Made by a program: the position numbers and the translations under genes. From Candidatus Forterrea multitransposorum CG_2015-17_Forterrea_25_41 (GTDB taxonomy: Archaea > Iainarchaeota > Iainarchaeia > Iainarchaeales > CSSED10-239), in the NCBI GenBank assembly GCA_009392915.1, contig CP045477.1:160001-224000 (forward strand): a DNA stretch of 64,000 bases, given 5' to 3'. The notes under the pieces were generated by a model. The model saw only the letters and a list, made by a program, of their open reading frames with translations. It was not told the origin of the DNA and ran no database searches. Position 1 is the first letter of the stretch; the number at the start of each line of letters is the position of its first letter. Positions 54,925 to 64,000 of the stretch are shown here, piece after piece.

Positions 54925-55601
54925 ATTTTTTCTTTTTTATATTTTTTTAAAAATTCTTTAATTGTTTTTATTGTTATATATCCTGATGCTAATATAATTA
55001 ATATAAATATTATAACTATTAGTACATATGCAATTGATCTTAAATTTATAAAGAAAATAAATAATATTTTAATTAAGTGTGTTTGTATAATTGCTCCTAC
55101 CATTATTGAAATTAAAGCTATGTAAAATAATTTAATATCTTGTTTTGTAAAGAAAATAGCTCTTATCTTATATTTATCTTCTTTAATGATTAAATTATTT
55201 AAAAATATTTTTACAATTAATAATAATGTTTTTATTCCAAGTGTTGAAAATATAATGTATGATATAAAAAATAAAAATTGAGGTATTAATTGAACTAATA
55301 ATTTTACTTGACCTAAAAATGAAGATGTTAATAGTTCAACATGAATATATGCATATTGTATACCTATTGTTAAATAAGCAAATGGTGTGAAAAAAAGATC
55401 TAATGAATTATTAAATATTTCATAAATTGTTTGTTTGAAATAAATTGCACTTGTAAGAGATAAATTTTGTATAAAGTTTGATCCTTCTGTAATTAGGATG
55501 TCTCCTCTTGAGGCATAGATAAAAGCAATTATAATTCCAATAATATATGAAATTCCAAAAGTTGAAGCAATTACTCTATAATAGTTATCTATCTTTACCA
55601 T
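54921..55601 (-). CDS. Polytopic membrane protein (226 aa) whose stop overlaps the start of the HerA-like ATPase gene by 4 nt
   Basis: Five to six TM helices. Same strand, 4-nt overlap (ATGA-type) with the downstream ATPase. Confidence 0.35.
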   Translation of the reverse strand: MVKIDNYYRVIASTFGISYIIGIIIAFIYASRGDILITEGSNFIQNLSLTSAIYFKQTIYEIFNNSLDLFFTPFAYLTIGIQYAYIHVELLTSSFLGQVKLLVQLIPQFLFFISYIIFSTLGIKTLLLIVKIFLNNLIIKEDKYKIRAIFFTKQDIKLFYIALISIMVGAIIQTHLIKILFIFFINLRSIAYVLIVIIFILIILASGYITIKTIKEFLKKYKKEKI

Positions 55602-55720
55602 ATTATTAAATATATTTAAGAAAATAGTTTAAAAGACTATGGTTTTTAAGTATTATGTTGGTTTTATAAAAATATAGGTTTTTAATATATTTATTGTTTA
55701 TTTAAATGAGATAATTAGAT

Positions 55721-56161
55721 ATGAAAAGAAAAATTAAAGATTTAAGAAATAAAAAAAATACTGCAGAAAATCATTCTGGAGTTTTAAGAATAAAAAGTGA
55801 AAGATTTAAAATTGAAAGAAATTTAGCTTCTCAAAAACCTCTTGCTATGGAATATAAGTCTGAATATAAGCAAGGATGTTTATTTATTAAGAAAATTTTA
55901 GATTATAAACAAAAAAATAAATTAATATTTTTTACTGGAAAACAAGCTGGTGAGATTTTAAAAAAATATCCAAAACTAGATTCTCCAGAAGCTATAAAAA
56001 GTATATTGATTGCAAGTTCTAATCCTAATTTAAATATTAAAAAAATAAATTCTATAGTTTCTGAAATATATAGTAAAAAGATCTCTGAAAAAGAAAGAAA
56101 AGATATTATTTTTACAATGATCAGAAGTATAAAAATAGAAAACTATGAATACCTTTTATAG
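55721..56161 (+). CDS. Hypothetical protein (146 aa)
   Basis: Intact ORF with no motif recognised. Confidence 0.3.
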   Translation: MKRKIKDLRNKKNTAENHSGVLRIKSERFKIERNLASQKPLAMEYKSEYKQGCLFIKKILDYKQKNKLIFFTGKQAGEILKKYPKLDSPEAIKSILIASSNPNLNIKKINSIVSEIYSKKISEKERKDIIFTMIRSIKIENYEYLL

Positions 56162-56205
56162 TTTTTATTTTTTAAAAAAATAAGAAAAAAAAAGAGAAAG
56201 AAAAA

Positions 56206-56490
56206 CTATTCTTGTTTAATTTCAGTTTTCTTCATTCTTTTTGGTATTACAAAATAACTTTTAGCTTTACAAACTGAACATTCAGCTGTATAAACTGGTT
56301 TTTTATTTTGTTTTTTAACAGGTTTGATTAATTTTGCTTTTCCACCATAACCTGACTTATGTTTAGCTTCATTTTTTCTAGTACCAATAGACATAGCTCT
56401 TGCTTTTCTAGGTTTGAATGCTTTTAATTTTTGTTCTGTATGTTTTTTACATTTTTTACAATATCCTTTTACTGTTTTTGGAAGGTTCAT
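56206..56490 (-). CDS. rpl44e: Ribosomal protein L44e (zinc-ribbon)
   Basis: MNLPKTVKGYCKKCKKHTEQK...GYGGKAKLIKPVKKQNKKPVYTAECSVCKAK is the L44e pattern, with C-x2-C...C-x2-C. Confidence 0.85.
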   Translation of the reverse strand: MNLPKTVKGYCKKCKKHTEQKLKAFKPRKARAMSIGTRKNEAKHKSGYGGKAKLIKPVKKQNKKPVYTAECSVCKAKSYFVIPKRMKKTEIKQE

Positions 56491-56599
56491 AATTATTCAC
56501 TCTTTTTTTATAAATTTTAATTTTTAAATAAGTTGTTCACTCTTACTCTTATATAATATATATAAGCAAGCTTTAAAAACAAATTGTTTTTTAAAGAAT

Positions 56600-58504
56600 T
56601 TAAGAAAAGAACTTTAAAATCTCTTCTTTGTATTCTTTTGTTTTTATAAATTTAATATTTTTAGGAATATGTCTCTTATAATTATCCCATTCATACCTAG
56701 AATCTAGATAAAAAACAACTCCTCTATCTTTTTCACTTCTAATTACTCTACCTGCACTTTGTATTACTTTCTGAATTGCTGGTTGAATATATGCATATTG
56801 CCATCCTTTTTTATAAAGTTTATCATAATATTCAATTCTAGCTTTAGTATAGATTTCTAATTTTGAAAGAGGTATTCCAATTATTACAGCTCCTAAAAGT
56901 AAATTCCCAGGCAGGTCAATTCCTTCTGAGGCTTTTCCACCCATTACTGCAAACAAACAAGATCCTAAAAGTCTAGATCCATCTTTAAAATCATTAATCA
57001 TTTTTTCAAAATCATCAGTTGTACTTTCTTCTAATTGATATATTTTAGGTTTATTTATTTTAATATATTTCTCAATATCTCTCATCATTTCAAAACTTGG
57101 AAAGAAAACAACTGTATTTCCTGGTATGGAGTTAACTATTTGTGAAGTAATATCTCCTATTTTTTTATATTCATCAATATTTCTATTTGTAAATTTTGTT
57201 GTAACATTATTAATTAGAATATCTAGTCTATTTTCTTTTAAAAAAGGGGAATCATATTCTTTTAAAACAGAATTATCTTTAATTCCATATATTTCTTCAT
57301 ACATAGAAAGAGGAGTTAATGTTCCTGACATTATAACAGATGAAAAGCAATTTTTAAAAACTTCTTTTGTAATTGTTGAAACATCTAAAGCATTATTTTT
57401 AAGAGTTATTACATTTTTTTCAATTTTTATATATTTTACAAAATCTTTTTCTTTTATTAAAAACCAACTTTCAAGAAAAAGAGCAACTGTTACAAGAGAA
57501 GATCTAGTTTCATTTTTCTTTTCAATATAGCTAATTCCAGCTTCTTCAATTTCTATTATTTTTTCTTCAATATCTTTTATATGTTTTTCAGAAATTATTT
57601 CATTTTCTTTTACAAATTCTTCTTTTTCATATAGACTTTTTTTATCTTTAAATTTATTGTGTGCTATTTCTTCAAGTTTTAAAACAAATTCTTTTAAGAA
57701 ACTTTCAACATTTTTTTCATCAATTTCTTCTGCTTCTTTAATAGCTCTATTTATTATATTAAGATTAATTGTTTTTGAAAGAAGTTTAATTATTCTTTCT
57801 TCTAAGTTATGTGCTTCATCAACAATAACTATACAATCTTTAATATCTACATTTATTTCTGCAAGGAAAGTTGAAGATATTTTCTTTGAAAATAAATGAT
57901 TATAATCTGCAATTATTATTTGACAAGTTCTTGCAAATATTTTTGAAAACTCATAAGGACAAAGAGGTGCTGGTTTTCCATGTAAATTTTTAAAATCATA
58001 TGAGATATTTCGTGAATTTTCTGCAGAAAGAATTGTAAGACTTCTATTTTCTCTTTCAATTAATTGTTCTGTAATTTCTCTTTCTGTTTTATTTGCAGGT
58101 CTTACATTATTATAAAAAGGACATTGTTTATTCATACATGCATTTTTACAAACTTCATAAAATCCAGCCTTTACTTGTGAAATTCCAGGTTCAATACAAA
58201 GGTTTCTTTTTCCTACAAAATCAATTGCTTTAACTCCTAAATTATACTTAAAATTTATTTCTCTAATAACTTCTAAAGCAATTTTATGTTGAGAGGTTTT
58301 TGGTGTTAGAAAAAGTATTTTTTTATCATGTTCAATTGCATAGCTAATGGCTGCTGAAAGAGAGGCATCTGTTTTCCCAGTTCCTGTTGGTGCATGTAGA
58401 ATAATGTTTTTTCTATTTTCAAAAGCTTCAAGTATGTCTATAATGATTTGTTTCTGTCCTTCTCTAAAGGATGAATGTCTAAAGTATATTTTTTTAAGCA
58501 CCAT
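56600..58504 (-). CDS. xpd: XPD/Rad3-family (DinG-like) superfamily 2 helicase with an Fe-S cluster domain
   Basis: Walker A HAPTGTGKT. DEAH box IVDEAHNLEE. Four-cysteine Fe-S insertion CIEPG...CKNAC..KQCPFY. Helicase motif VI QSAGRVIRSEKDRG. Confidence 0.8.
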   Translation of the reverse strand: MVLKKIYFRHSSFREGQKQIIIDILEAFENRKNIILHAPTGTGKTDASLSAAISYAIEHDKKILFLTPKTSQHKIALEVIREINFKYNLGVKAIDFVGKRNLCIEPGISQVKAGFYEVCKNACMNKQCPFYNNVRPANKTEREITEQLIERENRSLTILSAENSRNISYDFKNLHGKPAPLCPYEFSKIFARTCQIIIADYNHLFSKKISSTFLAEINVDIKDCIVIVDEAHNLEERIIKLLSKTINLNIINRAIKEAEEIDEKNVESFLKEFVLKLEEIAHNKFKDKKSLYEKEEFVKENEIISEKHIKDIEEKIIEIEEAGISYIEKKNETRSSLVTVALFLESWFLIKEKDFVKYIKIEKNVITLKNNALDVSTITKEVFKNCFSSVIMSGTLTPLSMYEEIYGIKDNSVLKEYDSPFLKENRLDILINNVTTKFTNRNIDEYKKIGDITSQIVNSIPGNTVVFFPSFEMMRDIEKYIKINKPKIYQLEESTTDDFEKMINDFKDGSRLLGSCLFAVMGGKASEGIDLPGNLLLGAVIIGIPLSKLEIYTKARIEYYDKLYKKGWQYAYIQPAIQKVIQSAGRVIRSEKDRGVVFYLDSRYEWDNYKRHIPKNIKFIKTKEYKEEILKFFS

Positions 58505-58795
58505 TTATTTTCTTAATTAATATTTTGTTTTCTTTATTTTAAGTAAAAGAAGATATAATATATTGTTTCTAAAAGAATATATATCTTTTGTAGGTTCTTG
58601 GCTTTTATAAAATAGTTTATAAAAGTTTCTAATGTATTAATTATCTGTAAAATATATAAATATATTTTATTTTAAGGTATGAATTAAAATGAATAATGTA
58701 AGGGAAATAATTAATTTTCATACATATTTTTTTAAGAATAAAAATTGATTTTTTCTAAACATTTGTCTGGTAAAAAGAAATAAAAAAGAAATTTT

Positions 58796-59746
58796 ATGCC
58801 AATTTTAAAAAATAAAAATAAACCTTTAAAAGGAAATTTAACACAAGGAAGATATAGAGAAAAGCTACCTTTAAAAAAACCAGTTAACTTTAAAAAAATG
58901 AAATCTCCTGGTGAGTTGTTTAAAGGTAAGTTTTCAAAATCTGTTGTAAAGTATATTTATCAACTTTATCTTGGAAAATTAAATTTAACATCTAGATCAG
59001 GGATAAAGACATATCCTTTTGCAACTAAACAAGAATTAACTAAATCTTTTGTTTTTCTTAAAAATAAACTTAAAGAAAAAAATATAGATATTTTTAATAA
59101 TTCTGGCCAGAAACTACATTTTATTTTTCCTCTTTCAGGTATGAGTCCTGTTGGTTATTTTTATAAAGGAATTATTGAACAGTTAATGCCTAAGGCAAGA
59201 ATTACTTTTTTAAAAACTATTGGAAATCGCAGAAATGTTCCTGGCTATGATTTAGTAAATCTTAAAAAGTCAATTAATAAATATGATGAATTATTTTGTG
59301 TGATTGATTATTTTGAAAAAGGTAGTACATTAAGATTAATTGAAAATAATTTAAAAGAAATTAATCCTAAGTTTGATTTAATTGGAGTTAATTCTCCAGA
59401 ATCAAGGATAGATCTTGAATCTTATAATATTATAAATAATAATAAAAATTTATTAGATATAATAGATAATGAATATAATAATAGTAATAAATTTATTAGT
59501 AAAAGTACTTTTAGAGAGAAGATGTCACCTCAAAAACCTTTAACAAGATCTTTTTATAAAGATATTGCTCAAATAAATACAAATAGATTAATAATTCCAA
59601 ACTATCAAGCTTATAAAATAGAAGCTTTAGAAAAAGGATTTTTTAATGAAAAAGTTTTTAATGCTTTAAAAGAAATGGATAAAGCACAAAAGTATACCTA
59701 TTATTATTTAGGAACTAGATTTATTAGTAATGTTTTAAAAAAATAA
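58796..59746 (+). CDS. Hypothetical protein with a phosphoribosyltransferase-like PRPP-binding motif
   Basis: DELFCVIDYFEKGSTLRLI resembles the PRTase motif (hydrophobic-hydrophobic-D-D/Y-x-x-x-G-x-T). Otherwise unrecognised. Confidence 0.3.
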   Translation: MPILKNKNKPLKGNLTQGRYREKLPLKKPVNFKKMKSPGELFKGKFSKSVVKYIYQLYLGKLNLTSRSGIKTYPFATKQELTKSFVFLKNKLKEKNIDIFNNSGQKLHFIFPLSGMSPVGYFYKGIIEQLMPKARITFLKTIGNRRNVPGYDLVNLKKSINKYDELFCVIDYFEKGSTLRLIENNLKEINPKFDLIGVNSPESRIDLESYNIINNNKNLLDIIDNEYNNSNKFISKSTFREKMSPQKPLTRSFYKDIAQINTNRLIIPNYQAYKIEALEKGFFNEKVFNALKEMDKAQKYTYYYLGTRFISNVLKK

Positions 59747-59761
59747 AAAAATATTTTAATT

Positions 59762-60574
59762 ATGGACTTTAAAAAAATAAAAAATATAGCAATTTATTAT
59801 TTCTCAGGAACAGGAAACACTTTGTTTATTTCTGAAACTTATAATAAATATTTTTTACTTAAAAGTAAATCTGTAGATTTAAAACCTATTGAAAATATTG
59901 AAATTGTTTCAAGTCAAGGTAAATATGATATGCTTGTAATTGCTTTTCCGGTTCATGCTTTTAAAGCTCCTAAGTTAGTTGAAAAGTTTATAAATAATCT
60001 TCCATCTTCAACAACTAAAAAACCAGTATTATTACTTGCAAGCTGTGGAGGAATGCCTGGATCTTCTTTTAGTATATTAAATAAAATTTTAATAAAAAAA
60101 GGATATTATATAGCTTCAAATTTTTATTATTCAATGCCAGATAATGTTTCTTTTATGTTTTCAAAAGACTTAATTTCAGAAAAAGAAATTATGGATAAAA
60201 TTGCTTTAGCAAAAGATAAATCTTTTAAAGATTTTACAAATCTTTATTCTGGAAAAGAAGAGGTTATTAAGTCTAATATTTTTAAAAGATTATTTTCAAA
60301 TATTGTTTTTTATTTTTTATCTAAATCTTTAAAGAAGAATAAATGGGTTGTTGATTATAATAAATGTATTTTTTGTGAAATTTGTTCTAAAAATTGCCCT
60401 ACTCAAAACATTACTGTTAAAAAACAGAAGAGAGAGGTTAAATTTTCAGATAAATGTATTATGTGTACAAGGTGTTATAATCTTTGTCCAGTAAATGCTA
60501 TTAATTATAAGTCTGAAAAGACTAAAGATTTTAAGAGATATAATATTTTTAAAAAGGAACTTATATCAAAATAA
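59762..60574 (+). CDS. Flavodoxin-like domain fused to a 2x[4Fe-4S] ferredoxin domain
   Basis: The N-terminal IAIYYFSGTGNT is flavodoxin-like. Two Cx2Cx2Cx3CP motifs: CIFCEICSKNCP and CIMCTRCYNLCP. Confidence 0.6.
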   Translation: MDFKKIKNIAIYYFSGTGNTLFISETYNKYFLLKSKSVDLKPIENIEIVSSQGKYDMLVIAFPVHAFKAPKLVEKFINNLPSSTTKKPVLLLASCGGMPGSSFSILNKILIKKGYYIASNFYYSMPDNVSFMFSKDLISEKEIMDKIALAKDKSFKDFTNLYSGKEEVIKSNIFKRLFSNIVFYFLSKSLKKNKWVVDYNKCIFCEICSKNCPTQNITVKKQKREVKFSDKCIMCTRCYNLCPVNAINYKSEKTKDFKRYNIFKKELISK

Positions 60575-60605
60575 ATTTTAATAAAATTAGTAAAGTGATT
60601 AGATT

Positions 60606-62342
60606 ATGAAAAAAATATTATTAATACTTTTAATAGTAGTTCTTTTACTACCTTCTTTTACATTTGCAAGGTCTTTATCCATAGATAATTATTCTATAGA
60701 TTATGTGATTAATACAGATGGACAAGTAAATGTTTCAGAAAAATTAACTTATACTTTAGAGAGGTGTTATACAGAGCTTTATCTTCAAAGACCAACTTCT
60801 CTACAAATACTAAATGCAAGTGGTTCTTGTGATGGAAAAGAATGTTTTTTTAGACATGACTTAAAAGATACCCCTTCAGGAGATCAAGAACTTGTTTTAA
60901 AAAGTAATTATTGTGATGAAACTGTAAATATTAATTTTGAATATTCTTTAACAAATGTTATAAATCAACTACAAGATGGTTATTTTCAATTTTATTATCA
61001 ACTTTATGGAAAAGAGACTGATTATTCTACAGATTTAAAAATATCTTTAACAATACCAAATAGTTTTGATAATACAGAATATTTTCTTCATTCAAAAGAT
61101 TATAACTTAAATGTAGTTAATAATCAATTGTTTTTTTCAAAGAAAGTTTTGCCAAAAGAACCAGTAGAGATTAATATTTTAATGCCTAGTAATTATCTTG
61201 TAAAATCTGATAAAATTAAATTAGATTCAACAACTTCTAATAATGTTAAAAATTTGGAAGAAAATTGGGAAAATGAGTATGATAAATATATAAAATCAAT
61301 AACTCCTTTATCTACATTTAATCAAATAATTATAATTTTCTTATATCTATTAATACCTTTTATTATATTTTTCTTAATTTGGAAAAAACATTCAAAAGAA
61401 TTTTCCAAAGAAGAAGTTGGTTTCTTTGAAGAATATTATAGAGAACTTCCTGATAATAAAGATCCTTTGTTTGCAAATTATTTTGTAAATGAAAAATTTT
61501 CTCAAAATTGGTTTTCATCAGGAATAATGTATCTTGTATGGAAAGAAAAATATTTGCTTGATAAGGAAGAAGATAATTATTTTTTAACAAGAACAGAAAA
61601 AGAAATTTCTCTTCCAGAATATGTTTCAAAGATTGATCAATTTATTTTTAAATATTTCAAAAATGATAAATTTAATGTTTTAGATATTTCTAAAAGTTTA
61701 AAAGGTCGTAATGTATTAAATGGAAATATTATAGATAATTATAAAAGATCTACTCAAATGTTAAATGATTTTAGAAAAATGGCAACAGAAATTGAGAAAG
61801 ATTATGATACTAAATTCTATAAGAACAAAGAAATTTATAATAGGAAAGGAAAAAAGTTTGCAAGTATTTTTTCAGGGTTTTATTTAATTGGTATTTTTAT
61901 ATATACTATGATAATTATAAATAGAATGCCACTTTTATTTATTTTTCTTATGTTAGTATTTGTAGCTACTTTATTTTTAATTAATTCAAGAGTATTTGGT
62001 AGATTTACAAAAGAAGGAAGAATAATTAATCTTAAATGGACTGGTTTTAAAAAATATATTACTGATTTTTCAGATATTAAAAACCATCCTCCAAAGCATG
62101 TTATTCTTTGGGAAGAATATTTAGTTTATGCAACTTCTTTTGGTATTGCAAGAACAGTTTTAAAAAATATTAAATCTTTAAATTTAGAAACTTTTAATAA
62201 TAATTCAAGACTTGGTGTCTATTCTTCATTTATTGTTTCAAATAGTTTTTCAAATTTAAATACTCTTTCATCAACTTCTTCTTCAGGTTCAGGAGGAGGT
62301 TTTGGTGGAGGTGGTGGTGGCGGCGGTGCCGGTGGAAGATAA
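60606..62342 (+). CDS. DUF2207-family membrane protein with a signal peptide, an extracellular domain, TM helices and a Gly-rich C-terminus
   Basis: Signal MKKILLILLIVVLLLPSFTFA. Internal TM helices. The C-terminal SSGSGGGFGGGGGGGGAGGR is typical of DUF2207. Confidence 0.55.
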   Translation: MKKILLILLIVVLLLPSFTFARSLSIDNYSIDYVINTDGQVNVSEKLTYTLERCYTELYLQRPTSLQILNASGSCDGKECFFRHDLKDTPSGDQELVLKSNYCDETVNINFEYSLTNVINQLQDGYFQFYYQLYGKETDYSTDLKISLTIPNSFDNTEYFLHSKDYNLNVVNNQLFFSKKVLPKEPVEINILMPSNYLVKSDKIKLDSTTSNNVKNLEENWENEYDKYIKSITPLSTFNQIIIIFLYLLIPFIIFFLIWKKHSKEFSKEEVGFFEEYYRELPDNKDPLFANYFVNEKFSQNWFSSGIMYLVWKEKYLLDKEEDNYFLTRTEKEISLPEYVSKIDQFIFKYFKNDKFNVLDISKSLKGRNVLNGNIIDNYKRSTQMLNDFRKMATEIEKDYDTKFYKNKEIYNRKGKKFASIFSGFYLIGIFIYTMIIINRMPLLFIFLMLVFVATLFLINSRVFGRFTKEGRIINLKWTGFKKYITDFSDIKNHPPKHVILWEEYLVYATSFGIARTVLKNIKSLNLETFNNNSRLGVYSSFIVSNSFSNLNTLSSTSSSGSGGGFGGGGGGGGAGGR

Positions 62343-62400
62343 ACCTTTTAAAATAGAAGGTATATATTATTATTAAAAATAAATGTAGGTGTATGAAAAT

Positions 62401-64000
62401 ATGAATAAAGACAAATATATTTTATGGTTTAAAGAAATTTCAATTGAAGATGTTCCTATTGTTGGAGGAAAAAATGCATCTTTAGGAGAAATGTATAGAA
62501 ATTTAACTAAAAAAGGAGTTTCAATTCCTAATGGTTTTGCAATAACTGCTGATGCTTATAGATATTTACTTGAAAAAGATAAAATTTCACAAGAGATAAA
62601 ATCAACTTTAAAAGATTTAGATGTAAATAATTTAAAACAACTTTCAGAAAAAGGTTCTAAAATAAGAAAAATGATTAGAACTGCAGAAATTCCTCAAGAT
62701 CTTGAAAAACAAATTATTGATTCTTATTATACTTTATCAAAACAAGAGAAAACAAAAGAACTTGATGTTGCTGTAAGATCTTCTGCAACTGCTGAAGATT
62801 TGCCTGATGCTTCATTTGCTGGACAACAAGAAACTTATTTAAACATTAGAGGCCCTGAAGAGCTTTTAGATGCTTGTAAAAAATGTTTTGCTTCACTTTT
62901 CACAAATAGAGCAATAGCTTACAGAGTAGAAAAGAAATTTGATCACACAAAAGTTGCTCTTTCAATAACTGTTCAAAAAATGGTAAGAAGTGATTTAGCA
63001 TCTTCAGGTGTAATGTTTTCAATAGATACAGAAACTGGTTTTAGAGATGCTGTAGTTATTAATGGTGCTTATGGTCTTGGAGAAAATGTTGTTCAAGGTG
63101 CTGTTAATCCTGATGAATTTATGGTTTTTAAACCTACATTAAAACAAGGAAAGAATGCTATAATTTCAAAAAGACTTGGTGAAAAAGCAATTAAAATGGT
63201 TTATGATACTCAAGGTAATAAACCTGTTAAAAATATAAATGTTGATATTAATCATAGAAATCAATTTTGTATAACTGATAAAGATGTTATTACTTTAGCA
63301 AAATGGGCTTGTATTATTGAAGATTATTATTCTCAAAAAGCAGGACACTATAAACCAATGGATATGGAATGGGCAATTGATGGTGTTACTAAAAAAGTAT
63401 ATATTGTTCAAGCAAGACCAGAAACTGTTCAATCAAATAAAAATTTAAGTCAAATTGAAACCTATTCTATTTTAGAAGAGAAAGAAGCAATAGTTACAGG
63501 TATTTCAATTGGTCAAAAAATAGCAACAGGAAATGCTTCAATTATTAAAGATGTAAAAGATATTAATAAATTTAAAAAAGGAGATATCTTAATTACAGAA
63601 ATGACAGATCCTGATTGGGTACCTATTATGAAAATTGCTTCAGGTATTGTTACAAACAAAGGAGGAAAAACTTGTCATGCTGCAATTATTGCAAGAGAAC
63701 TTGGAATACCTTGTATTGTTGGAACAATAGATGCTACTTTAAAAATAAAAGATAAGTCTCCAATAACAATTGATTGTTCATCAGGAGATTATGGTTTTGT
63801 GTATGAAGGAACTTTAAAGTTTAAAAAAGATGTTCAAGATATTAAAAAAATACCTATAACAAAAACAAAAATAATGTTAAATGTTGGAAATCCAGAACAA
63901 GCTTTAGAACAATCTTTCCTTCCAGCAGATGGTGTAGGTCTTGCAAGAGAAGAATTTATTATTAATTCTTGGATAAAAATACATCCTTTAGCTTTAATTA
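62401..64000 (+). CDS. ppsA: Phosphoenolpyruvate synthase (PEP/pyruvate-binding and phospho-His domains). The 3' end is truncated by the window edge.
   Basis: WFKEISIEDVPIVGGKNASLGEMY matches the PpsA N-terminus. The phosphohistidine motif GGKTCHAAIIARELGIPCIVG is present. The ORF is still open at position 64000. Confidence 0.85.
   Translation, partial: MNKDKYILWFKEISIEDVPIVGGKNASLGEMYRNLTKKGVSIPNGFAITADAYRYLLEKDKISQEIKSTLKDLDVNNLKQLSEKGSKIRKMIRTAEIPQDLEKQIIDSYYTLSKQEKTKELDVAVRSSATAEDLPDASFAGQQETYLNIRGPEELLDACKKCFASLFTNRAIAYRVEKKFDHTKVALSITVQKMVRSDLASSGVMFSIDTETGFRDAVVINGAYGLGENVVQGAVNPDEFMVFKPTLKQGKNAIISKRLGEKAIKMVYDTQGNKPVKNINVDINHRNQFCITDKDVITLAKWACIIEDYYSQKAGHYKPMDMEWAIDGVTKKVYIVQARPETVQSNKNLSQIETYSILEEKEAIVTGISIGQKIATGNASIIKDVKDINKFKKGDILITEMTDPDWVPIMKIASGIVTNKGGKTCHAAIIARELGIPCIVGTIDATLKIKDKSPITIDCSSGDYGFVYEGTLKFKKDVQDIKKIPITKTKIMLNVGNPEQALEQSFLPADGVGLAREEFIINSWIKIHPLALI

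Overview
This is a low-GC (AT-rich), gene-dense archaeal window with the hallmarks of a small-genome DPANN-type archaeon (Pacearchaeota/Woesearchaeota-like). That lineage assignment is inference. The archaeal assignment rests on recognisable housekeeping genes: Kae1, archaeal peptidyl-tRNA hydrolase Pth2, Holliday-junction resolvase Hjc, the Toprim primase DnaG, RNase P Rpp21 and archaeosine tRNA-guanine transglycosylase. It also contains a conserved archaeal cluster S19e-L39e-L31e-eIF6-prefoldin alpha-FtsY followed by SRP54, plus L44e, an XPD helicase, form III RuBisCO and the 5' part of PEP synthase. I called six tRNAs by hand (Val-TAC, Gly-GCC, His-GTG, Thr-GGT, a type II Leu and Glu-CTC). 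There are no rRNA genes and no CRISPR array.

The most striking content is a set of surface adhesins built on type IV pilin-like (class III) signal peptides of the form KRKA|ISPLIAT or [QK]KG|A/V. (1) A minus-strand operon at 32155-38414 has three pilin-signal proteins, two of them giant. The 802-aa protein carries two PKD-LamG units. The 1102-aa protein combines LamG, PKD, a fibrinogen-related domain and a Gly-rich C-terminal beta-rich region. (2) A plus-strand cassette at 12.4-17.4 kb has three pilin-signal proteins sharing one mature N-terminal helix. Paralogs A and C are mosaic, with conserved N- and C-terminal blocks around variable middles, and are preceded by an identical 100-bp promoter region. 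The middle protein carries an FGE-sulfatase/C-type-lectin-like domain, and protein C carries a CBM4_9-like NGGFE module. An A24-family prepilin peptidase gene lies 6 kb away.

Other notable features:
- A defence/toxin-antitoxin island at 27.3-32.1 kb (RadC-JAB, a RelE-family toxin with its antitoxin, a YhcG/DUF1016 nuclease, a Cas4-like PD-(D/E)XK nuclease with a Cys cluster, an orphan HicA, and an HD hydrolase). Its transcription units are each preceded by an identical 50-nt GC-rich direct repeat, present in three copies.
- A HerA/FtsK-superfamily (DUF87-like) ATPase whose Walker A motif is split by a 409-aa intein with LAGLIDADG-like motifs. Its start overlaps a polytopic membrane-protein gene.
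- A partial 3' copy of tRNA-Thr lies 1.45 kb downstream of the intact gene, bracketing a DUF4143 AAA ATPase. This looks like an integrated-element remnant.
- A covarying hairpin-ACGCGCAA motif follows tRNA 3' ends at two loci.
- A tRNA-Leu whose anticodon loop reads CUAAGAA, giving an apparent and unusual AAG anticodon.

All calls come from reading the sequence and recognising motifs. No database search was run.
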